NCBI GenBank assembly: GCA_022649305.1
Contig: JALCNW010000009.1
Location: 20,059 to 84,058, forward strand
Length of the DNA stretch: 64,000 nucleotides
Reading direction: 5' to 3'
Origin: Enterobacter sp.
GTDB taxonomy: Bacteria; Pseudomonadota; Gammaproteobacteria; Enterobacterales; Enterobacteriaceae
Shown: positions 36,986-45,171 of the stretch, piece after piece
Layout: every line of letters begins with the position of its first letter
Numbering within the stretch: the first letter of the stretch is position 1
Translations under genes and position numbers: made by a program
Notes under the pieces: generated by a model
Seen by the model: the letters and a program-made list of their open reading frames with translations, nothing else
What the model was told of the DNA's origin: nothing
Database searches by the model: none

Positions 36986-38353
36986 TTATTTTTTCACCGC
37001 TTCGCCGTCCTGCCAGGCTTTTTGCAGCGCTGGCCAATATTCGCGGTTGGCCTCGATCATCTCATCCAAAATCGCTTTCGCGTGTTCCATGGTCGGCACC
37101 GTGCGATTAAGCGTAAAAGCCTGCAAAGCCTTTTCGTAACTTCCTTCGATGGTGGCTTCTACCAGCAGTTGCTCAGAGGCTAACTGCTGCTGGAGCAGCG
37201 TCTGATGGAACAGCGGCACCTTGCCCACGCGAATCGGTTCTGGTCCTTCAGAGGTGATATAAGCGGGTACTTCCACGACCGCGTCGTACGGCAGGTTAGT
37301 AATCGCCCCGCGGTTTTCAACCATCACCAGATGGCGCTGTCGCAGATTGAATGCCAGCGAACGCGCCACGTCGACAATAAACTCACCGTGAACGCCCACG
37401 TGGAAGGCGTCAGACAGGATCCCGGTGCGCTTGTACTCTTCGGCTGCTGCGAATAGCTTTTTCTCGCGTCCGTTCATCACTTCGTTGGCGCGAGTGTAAT
37501 CCGGGTTCTGATGCTCAACGATCTGGTTGGGCATCAGGTAATACTGCAAATACGGGTTCGGCAGATATTCCGGGAAGTTATCCATAATCGGCTTAATATT
37601 GCGCCAGGTTTTCACCCAAGACGGATCGGAATGCTGCGGGTCGGTTTTGGCGGCGTCTTCGGTCAACAGGCCATATTGGGCGATGTGTCGACGCAGTTCG
37701 GGCAGTTTATCCTCGCCGTCTACCAGTACGCGGGTAAACCAGCCGAAGTGGTTCAGGCCAAAATAGTCCACTTCAAGCTTGTGACGATCCACGCCAAGAA
37801 TCGCACCCATGTTACGCATCGCCGCCACCGGCATGTCGCAGATATTCAGCACGCGGGCGTTCGGGCGCAGGCGGCGAACACCTTCTGCTACAATCGCCGC
37901 CGGATTGGAATAGTTCACAATCCAGGCCTTCTCGTGGGCGAAACGCTCGACCAGGTCGATCAGTTCAACCATCGGCAGAATGGTGCGTAGTCCGTAAGCC
38001 AGCCCGCCCGGGCCACAGGTTTCCTGGCCGACTACGCCGTGACGCAACGGGATTTTTTCGTCTTGTTCGCGCATTTTGTACTGGCCGACGCGCATCTGGG
38101 CGAAGACGAAATGTGCGCCGCTAAACGCCACTTCGGGGTCGTCGGTCACGGTAAATTTAATGCTCTGGCTGTGGTCGCGAATGACTTTCTCAACCACCGG
38201 CGCAATGGTGTTCTGACGAGCGGCATCAATGTCGTAAAGGCGAATTTCCGCCAGCGGGAAATCCTGCAACTGCACCATCAGGCTTTTCACAATACCTGGC
38301 GTGTAGGTGCTACCACCACCGGCAATGGACAGAATAAATGGGGGTGTAAACAT
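36986..38353 (-). CDS. 6-phospho-alpha-glucosidase (GH4, AglB/MalH/GlvA type)
   Basis: 455 aa with NAD-binding SIAGGGSTYTPG, REQDEKIPLRHGVVGQETCGPGGLAYGLR, NYSNPAAIVAE and LNICDMP motifs. These are shared with K. pneumoniae AglB. AAGGAG SD. Confidence 0.88.
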   Translation of the reverse strand: MFTPPFILSIAGGGSTYTPGIVKSLMVQLQDFPLAEIRLYDIDAARQNTIAPVVEKVIRDHSQSIKFTVTDDPEVAFSGAHFVFAQMRVGQYKMREQDEKIPLRHGVVGQETCGPGGLAYGLRTILPMVELIDLVERFAHEKAWIVNYSNPAAIVAEGVRRLRPNARVLNICDMPVAAMRNMGAILGVDRHKLEVDYFGLNHFGWFTRVLVDGEDKLPELRRHIAQYGLLTEDAAKTDPQHSDPSWVKTWRNIKPIMDNFPEYLPNPYLQYYLMPNQIVEHQNPDYTRANEVMNGREKKLFAAAEEYKRTGILSDAFHVGVHGEFIVDVARSLAFNLRQRHLVMVENRGAITNLPYDAVVEVPAYITSEGPEPIRVGKVPLFHQTLLQQQLASEQLLVEATIEGSYEKALQAFTLNRTVPTMEHAKAILDEMIEANREYWPALQKAWQDGEAVKK

Positions 38354-38364
38354 GTTTATCTCCT

Positions 38365-39909
38365 TCAGAGAAACGTCTCAACGGCTTCTCGCATTTTTTT
38401 GACGTGCAGCCCGTAGACCACCTGAACGTTGTTACCTTGTTTGATAATGCCTTTCGCGCCGGTTGCCTTAAGCCGTGGCTCATCAATGATGTCGACATCC
38501 TTCACCGTGACGCGCAATCGGGTGTAGCAGTTATCCACCACTTCAATGTTGTCTCGCCCGCCGAGTCCCACCACGATGGATTCTCCCAGCCCGTCGTTAT
38601 TGCCTTTCGCCTGGTACTCTTGTTTGCTGTACAGACGGGTTTCCTGATCCTCATCTTCACGTCCTGGCGTCTTCATGTTGAAGCGCAGGATCAGGAAGCG
38701 GAAGACGATGAAATAGAGCGCGAACATGATCAGCCCGACCACGATGTACATCGGCCAGTTGGATTTTTCAGTGCCCAGCGGCAGGTTGTAGAGGATGAAA
38801 TCAATAATGCCGTTCGCGCCGATAGCATGAACGCCGAACAGGTAAAACAGCATCATCCCGATGCCGGTCAGCACTGCGTGAACGACGAACAGCAGGGGGG
38901 CAACGAACAGGAAGGAAAACTCAATTGGCTCGGTGACGCCAACAAGCAATGACGTCAGCGCCGCTGGAATCAGAATCGCTTTGGCGATGGCTTTGCGCTC
39001 CGGTTTTGCCGTCATGTACATCGCCAGCGCGGCGGCGGGCAAACCAAACATTTTGCTGATACCGCGCGCATCCCAGACTACCGTGCTGCTGAGTTGCTTC
39101 ACCTGGGGGCAAGCCATCTCGGCAAAATAGATATTGCGCGCACCCTGATACACCGTGCCACACACCTCTTGCGTGCCGCCCAGTTCGGTATAAAGAAACG
39201 GGGTATAGACCAGATGATGCAGGCCCGTTGGGACCAGGATGCGTTCGAGGAACCCGTAAATCGCCACACCAAAGGGACCAGAGCCTTTGATCGCCAGCGC
39301 CATCGCGCTGATCCCGTGCTGGGCAAACGGCCACAGTTCGCTCATCACCACACCAAGCAGCATAGAAACGGGCAGCATAATAATGGCGACAAAACAGTGG
39401 CCGGAATAGATCGCCATCGCGCCGTTAAACTGTACGCTGGAATATTTGTTGTACAGATATCCAGACAGCGCTCCCGTCAGGATCCCGGCGAATACGCCCA
39501 TCTCCAGCACCTGTACGCCCAACACCATGCTTTGTCCGGCGGCTTTCATCTGATCCGCGGGAGCAAGCTGCCCCTGAAGCTGGAGCGTCACGTTCATGGC
39601 GTTGATAAATACCACAAAGGTGACAAGGCCAATCAGCGCCGCGTATCCTTTATCACGTGATGCCAGGCCAATGGGGATCCCCACGGCAAACACCAACGCC
39701 AAATTGACCAGCACCGAGACGGCTGATTTGGCGATCAGTTGACCGACACCTTGAATGAAGGGATGGCCAAGAAACGGCAGGTACTCAGCAAGGTTGCCGT
39801 TACCCAACACGTTACCAAAGGCAATGAACAGACCAACAATCGGTAAGATAAGTACCGGTCCGTACAATGATTTTCCGAAATTTTGTAGGGCGTTCACGGC
39901 TCGTTTCAT
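38365..39909 (-). CDS. PTS alpha-glucoside/maltose-type EIICB component (AglA/GlvC-like)
   Basis: 514 aa from ATG 39909 (MKRAVNALQNFGKSLYGPV). N-terminal EIIC and C-terminal EIIB with NCYTRLRV phospho-Cys motif; no EIIA domain. 11 nt upstream of the GH4 gene. Confidence 0.88.
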   Translation of the reverse strand: MKRAVNALQNFGKSLYGPVLILPIVGLFIAFGNVLGNGNLAEYLPFLGHPFIQGVGQLIAKSAVSVLVNLALVFAVGIPIGLASRDKGYAALIGLVTFVVFINAMNVTLQLQGQLAPADQMKAAGQSMVLGVQVLEMGVFAGILTGALSGYLYNKYSSVQFNGAMAIYSGHCFVAIIMLPVSMLLGVVMSELWPFAQHGISAMALAIKGSGPFGVAIYGFLERILVPTGLHHLVYTPFLYTELGGTQEVCGTVYQGARNIYFAEMACPQVKQLSSTVVWDARGISKMFGLPAAALAMYMTAKPERKAIAKAILIPAALTSLLVGVTEPIEFSFLFVAPLLFVVHAVLTGIGMMLFYLFGVHAIGANGIIDFILYNLPLGTEKSNWPMYIVVGLIMFALYFIVFRFLILRFNMKTPGREDEDQETRLYSKQEYQAKGNNDGLGESIVVGLGGRDNIEVVDNCYTRLRVTVKDVDIIDEPRLKATGAKGIIKQGNNVQVVYGLHVKKMREAVETFL

Positions 39910-40214
39910 GGCTATCTCTCTTATTGAACCGCGCACTCAGAGTGCGTCTCAGGCTTAAACCTAGCAGGTGACACGACAAGGCATCCAGCTATCTTGTTGT
40001 TTTAAAAACAAATGACTCCAAAGGTAACATGTAACCTTCGACTCTGTGATCGAGGTATCACTCGCGTTTCAGGGTGTTGCACGAAGATGCGAGGTGTTTT
40101 CCAGAATCCTAATTTGGACTTTTGATCGGCAAATTGAGCTTTGGAAAAAATGAAACTTGCGGATAATACTTATCCGGATGACGATCAACAGGCTCCACGG
40201 GCCAGGGATAAAGG

Positions 40215-43200
40215 ATGAAACCGTTTCGTTTAGCTGCGCTTTCGCTCGCGCTATTGACTACATTTACGCTCGTTGGCTGCGATAACAGCGACGATAAACC
40301 GCAGGCTGCTGCCGCCCCCGCAGCGTCTAGTACAGCTGCCAGGCCAACGGCGGTGAAACCCGACCAGGAAAAACTGGCAAAACTGACAGCCCAGAGCCAA
40401 GGTAAAACGCTGACGTTGCTGGATGCTTCAGAAGTCCAGCTCGATGGTGCTTCAACGCTGGTTCTCACTTTTTCTATCCCCCTGAATCCCGAGCAGGATT
40501 TTGCCCGTACCGTCCATGTCGTGGATAAAAAGAGCGGTAAAGTGGACGGCGCGTGGGAACTCTCTCCCAATCTAAAAGAGTTACGCCTGCGACACCTGGA
40601 GCCGAATCGTAATCTGGTCGTCACCGTAGAACGCGATCTGCTGGCTTTGAATAAAGCCACTTTTGGCATTGATTACGAAAAGGCCCTGACCACTCGCGAT
40701 ATTGAACCTACCGTAGGTTTTGCCAGCCGGGGCTCGCTTCTGCCTGGGAAAGTCGTCGAAGGTTTACCGGTGATGGCGTTAAACGTGAACAACGTGGACG
40801 TCAATTTCTACCGCGTTAAGCCAGAATCGCTGGCCGCCTTTGTCAGCCAGTGGGAATACCGCAATTCGTTGAGCAACTGGGAATCTGACAACCTGTTGAA
40901 GATGGCGGAGCTGGTGTACACCGGTCGGTTTGATCTCAACCCGGCGCGCAACACGCGCGAAAAATTATTGCTACCGCTGGCGGATATCAAACCGCTCCAG
41001 CAGTCTGGCGTTTATATTGCAGTCATGAATCAGGCTGGGCATTACAATTACAGTAATGCAGCTACGTTGTTCACCCTGAGCAATATTGGCCTTTCCGCGC
41101 ATCGCTATCACAACCGTCTGGATATCTTCACCCAAAGCCTCGAAAACGGTGCCGCGCAGTCCGGCATTGAGGTCGCGCTGTTGAATGATAAAGGGCAGAC
41201 GCTGGCGCAAGGCACGAGCGACGCTGATGGTCATGCAAAGCTCGAAACCGACAAAGAAGCGGCGTTAATTCTGGCGCGAAAAGATGGCCAGACTACGCTG
41301 CTGGATCTCAAACTTCCGGCGCTTGATTTGGCGGAGTTTGATATCGCCGGAGCACCGGGCTACAGCAAACAGTTCTTTATGTTTGGTCCGCGCGATCTTT
41401 ATCGCCCGGGCGAAACCGTTATCCTCAACGGACTGCTGCGCGATAGCGACGGCAAAACGTTGCCAGACCAGCCCGTAAAACTAGAAGTGCTGCGCCCCGA
41501 TGGGCAAGTGGCGCGTACCGTCGTCAGCCAGCCTGAAAACGGCCTGTATCGCTTCAACTATTCCCTGGACAGCGGAGCGCAAACGGGAATGTGGCACGTT
41601 CGCGCCAATACCGGTGACAACCAGTTGCGGATGTGGGATTTCCACGTCGAAGATTTTATGCCAGAACGTATGGCGCTGAATCTGACAGGGCAAAAAACAC
41701 CTGTATCTGTGCAGGATGTTGTGAATTTCGACGTAGTGGGTTACTACCTGTATGGCGCACCTGCCAATGGCAATAGCTTGCAAGGTCAGCTGTTCCTGCG
41801 ACCATTACGCGAGGCCGTCAGTGCTTTGCCTGGCTTCCAGTTTGGCGATATCGCTGAGGAGAATCTCAGCCGCAGCCTGGATGAAGTACAGCTCACGCTG
41901 AACGATCAGGGCAGGGGGCAGGTCTCTACCGAGAGCCAATGGAAAGAGGCACACTCCCCGCTTCAGCTCATTCTTCAGGCCAGTCTTCTTGAATCAGGTG
42001 GACGCCCGGTGACTCGCCGCGTGGAGCAGGCTATCTGGCCTGCCGACGCCTTGCCGGGTATTCGCCCGCAGTTTGCCAGCAAAGCAGTCTACGACTACCG
42101 CACCGACACTACCGTGAATCAGCCGATTGTTGATGAAAACGGCAATGCAAGCTTTGATATCGTCTATGCCGATGCCAGCGGAACCAAAAAAGCAGTATCA
42201 GGTTTGCAGGTGCGACTGGTTCGTGAACGTCGCGACTACTACTGGAACTGGTCTGAAGGTGACGGCTGGATGTCGCAGTTTGACCAAAAAGATCTGGTTG
42301 AAGGCGAACAAGAGATTGCCTTAAAGGCCGATGAAACGGGCAAAGTGACGTTTCCGGTTGAATGGGGTTCTTATCGCCTGGAAGTCAAAGCGCCAGATAA
42401 TATGGTCAGTAGCATTCGTTTTTGGGCCGGTTATAGCTGGCAGGATAACAGCGATGGCACCGGCGCTGCGCGTCCCGATCGCGTGACGTTGAAGCTGGAT
42501 AAACCTGCTTATCAGCCAGGTGATACCATCAAATTACACGTTGCTGCACCCGCTGCGGGCAAAGGCTACGCAATGATTGAGTCCAGCGAAGGCCCGCTAT
42601 GGTGGAAAGAGATCGACGTACCGGCAAATGGACTCGATCTGTCCATACCTGTCGATAAAGCCTGGAGGCGCCACGATCTCTATCTGAGCACCCTGGTGGT
42701 TCGTCCTGGCGATAAGTCCAAATCTGCCACGCCAAAACGTGCGGTAGGTCTGCTGCATCTGCCGATGGGCGATGAAAACCGTCGCCTGAATATCGCGCTG
42801 GAGAATCCGCAGAAAATACGCCCGAATCAAACGCTGTCGGTGAAGGTCAAGGCCAGCGTCAAAGACGGTGCCGTACCGCAGAAGGTAAACGTGCTGCTCT
42901 CCGCCGTGGACAGCGGGGTTCTGAATATTACCGATTACGTCACGCCGGACCCGTGGCAGGCCTTCTTTGGTCAGAAGCGTTATGGCGCGGATATCTATGA
43001 TATTTACGGCCAGGTCATCGAAGGGCAGGGGCGTATGGCCGCGCTGCGTTTTGGCGGCGATGGTGACGAACTGAAGCGCGGCGGCAAACCGCCGGTCAAT
43101 CATGTCACTATTATCGCTCAGCAGGCTCAGCCAGTGGCACTTGATGCCAACGGAGAGGGCACTATTTCTCTTCCGATTGGTGAGTTCAACGGTGAACTGC

Positions 43201-45170
43201 GTCTGATGGCTCAGGCCTGGACGGACGATGATTTTGGCAGTAGCGAGAACAAAGTTATTGTCGCAGCGCCTGTCATTACTGAATTGAACACGCCACGCTT
43301 CCTTGCCAGCGGTGATACCACCAGACTCACGCTGGATCTGACCAACCTGACCGACCAGCCACAGACGCTGAATATTGCGTTGAGTACATCAGGCAAGCTG
43401 GCTCTGGAAGGCGCGCAACCGCAGCAGTTTATTCTGCAGCCAGGGGCGCGTTCAACGCAGTTTATCCCGGTAAGAGCGTTGGATGGTTATGGTGACGGCG
43501 AAATTACCGCCCTGGTGACGGGCCTGACGCTGCCGGGTGAAACCTTTGCGCCGCAGCAGAAAAGCTGGAAAATCGGCGTGCGTCCGGCCTTCCCGGCTCA
43601 GACTGTCAATACCGGGGCGATGCTCAATCCTGGCGAAAGCTGGACCGCCCCTGCGCAACACATCAGCGGTTTTTCTGCGGCAACATTGCAAGGCCAGCTA
43701 TTGCTTAGCGGTAAACCGCCGCTGAACCTGGCGCGTTATATCCGTGAACTGCAGGCTTATCCTTACGGTTGTCTGGAACAAACCACCAGCGGCCTGTTCC
43801 CATCGCTCTATACCAATGCGGCTCAGCTCGCTGCGCTGGGAATTAAAGGTGATTCGGACGATAAACGTCGTGCGGCAATTGATATCGGGATCTCTCGATT
43901 GCTGCAAATGCAACGCGACGACGGTGGCTTTGCGCTCTGGGATAAAAACGGTCCGGAAGAGTACTGGCTAACCGCGTATGTCACCGATTTCCTGGTGAGG
44001 GCGGGTGAACAAGGCTACAGCGTACCGACGGATGCAGTGAACAATGCCAATAATCGTCTGCTGCGCTACCTGCAAGATCCCGGCATGATGTCTATCCGCT
44101 ACAGCGATGATTCTCAGGCCAGCAAATTTGCTGTGCAGGCCTATGCTGCGCTGGTGCTGGCTCGTCAGCAAAAAGCGCCGCTTGGCGCGCTGCGCGAAAT
44201 CTGGGATCGCCGTGCTCAAACCGGTTCCGGCCTGCCCCTGATGCAGTTGGGTATGGCATTGAAAGTGATGGGCGATGCGCCGCGTAGCCAGCAGGCGCTG
44301 GATCTGGCGCTGAAAACTCCGCGCAATGATTCCAGAAACTGGATGGCGGATTATGGCAGCCAGCTTCGTGATAATGCGCTGATGCTCTCCCTGCTGGAAG
44401 AGTACAAGCTGTTGCCGAACGCGCAGAACGTACTGCTCAACACCCTTTCTGAGCAGGCATTCAGCCAGCGCTGGCTCTCTACACAGGAAAGCAACGCGTT
44501 GTTCCTTGCGGGGCGCTCCTTGCAGACACTCTCTGGTGCCTGGCAGGCAACGACCAACCTCTCAGAACAAGCGCTGAGCGGTGATAGTGCGCAGGTGCAA
44601 AACATTAGCGGCGACCAGTTGGGAACATTGCAGGTGACCAACAGCGGCACGTCACCGCTGTGGGTTCGTCTGGACAGTACGGGATACCCTGAATATGCCC
44701 CGCAACCGTCTTCGAACGTACTGCAAATCGAGCGCCATATTCTGGCGACGGACGGCAGCACTAAATCACTCTCTTCGTTGAGGAGCGGTGAACTGGTGCT
44801 GGTCTGGCTTGAGGTGAAAGCCAATCAGAACGTGCCCGATGCGCTGGTCGTAGATTTGCTTCCGGCAGGTCTTGAACTGGAAAACCAAAATCTGGCGAGC
44901 AGCAGTGCTAGCCTGCAGGACAGCGGCAGCGAAGTGCAGAATCTGCTGAGCCAGATGCAGCAGGCCGATATCCAGCATATGGAATTCCGTGACGATCGCT
45001 TTGTTGCCGCAGTGCCGGTAAACGATGGGCAGCCTGTCACGCTGGTCTACCTGGCTCGCGCGGTCACGCCAGGAACTTACCAGGTGCCTGTTCCTATGGT
45101 GGAGTCCATGTATGTTCCGCAGTGGCGAGCGACGGGTGCAGCAAGCGGCCCGCTGATTGTTGTTCCGTAA
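40215..45170 (+). CDS. yfhM: Alpha-2-macroglobulin family lipoprotein YfhM (ECAM)
   Basis: 1651 aa with lipobox LVGC and thioester motif YPYGCLEQTTSG. Confidence 0.95.
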   Translation: MKPFRLAALSLALLTTFTLVGCDNSDDKPQAAAAPAASSTAARPTAVKPDQEKLAKLTAQSQGKTLTLLDASEVQLDGASTLVLTFSIPLNPEQDFARTVHVVDKKSGKVDGAWELSPNLKELRLRHLEPNRNLVVTVERDLLALNKATFGIDYEKALTTRDIEPTVGFASRGSLLPGKVVEGLPVMALNVNNVDVNFYRVKPESLAAFVSQWEYRNSLSNWESDNLLKMAELVYTGRFDLNPARNTREKLLLPLADIKPLQQSGVYIAVMNQAGHYNYSNAATLFTLSNIGLSAHRYHNRLDIFTQSLENGAAQSGIEVALLNDKGQTLAQGTSDADGHAKLETDKEAALILARKDGQTTLLDLKLPALDLAEFDIAGAPGYSKQFFMFGPRDLYRPGETVILNGLLRDSDGKTLPDQPVKLEVLRPDGQVARTVVSQPENGLYRFNYSLDSGAQTGMWHVRANTGDNQLRMWDFHVEDFMPERMALNLTGQKTPVSVQDVVNFDVVGYYLYGAPANGNSLQGQLFLRPLREAVSALPGFQFGDIAEENLSRSLDEVQLTLNDQGRGQVSTESQWKEAHSPLQLILQASLLESGGRPVTRRVEQAIWPADALPGIRPQFASKAVYDYRTDTTVNQPIVDENGNASFDIVYADASGTKKAVSGLQVRLVRERRDYYWNWSEGDGWMSQFDQKDLVEGEQEIALKADETGKVTFPVEWGSYRLEVKAPDNMVSSIRFWAGYSWQDNSDGTGAARPDRVTLKLDKPAYQPGDTIKLHVAAPAAGKGYAMIESSEGPLWWKEIDVPANGLDLSIPVDKAWRRHDLYLSTLVVRPGDKSKSATPKRAVGLLHLPMGDENRRLNIALENPQKIRPNQTLSVKVKASVKDGAVPQKVNVLLSAVDSGVLNITDYVTPDPWQAFFGQKRYGADIYDIYGQVIEGQGRMAALRFGGDGDELKRGGKPPVNHVTIIAQQAQPVALDANGEGTISLPIGEFNGELRLMAQAWTDDDFGSSENKVIVAAPVITELNTPRFLASGDTTRLTLDLTNLTDQPQTLNIALSTSGKLALEGAQPQQFILQPGARSTQFIPVRALDGYGDGEITALVTGLTLPGETFAPQQKSWKIGVRPAFPAQTVNTGAMLNPGESWTAPAQHISGFSAATLQGQLLLSGKPPLNLARYIRELQAYPYGCLEQTTSGLFPSLYTNAAQLAALGIKGDSDDKRRAAIDIGISRLLQMQRDDGGFALWDKNGPEEYWLTAYVTDFLVRAGEQGYSVPTDAVNNANNRLLRYLQDPGMMSIRYSDDSQASKFAVQAYAALVLARQQKAPLGALREIWDRRAQTGSGLPLMQLGMALKVMGDAPRSQQALDLALKTPRNDSRNWMADYGSQLRDNALMLSLLEEYKLLPNAQNVLLNTLSEQAFSQRWLSTQESNALFLAGRSLQTLSGAWQATTNLSEQALSGDSAQVQNISGDQLGTLQVTNSGTSPLWVRLDSTGYPEYAPQPSSNVLQIERHILATDGSTKSLSSLRSGELVLVWLEVKANQNVPDALVVDLLPAGLELENQNLASSSASLQDSGSEVQNLLSQMQQADIQHMEFRDDRFVAAVPVNDGQPVTLVYLARAVTPGTYQVPVPMVESMYVPQWRATGAASGPLIVVP

Positions 45171-45171
45171 C

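Noticed and set aside
40045-40062. Possible CRP site TGTGA...TCACT upstream of the alpha-glucoside PTS gene
   Set aside because: The half-sites are separated by 8 nt rather than the canonical 6, so it is not a standard CRP box. It is kept only as a generic dyad (GTGAT-N6-ATCAC) in the findings.
40109-40669. 186-aa minus-strand ORF overlapping the yfhM 5' end
   Set aside because: It is antisense to the strongly supported yfhM CDS, and its Ser/Ala/Arg-rich product is typical of a shadow frame.
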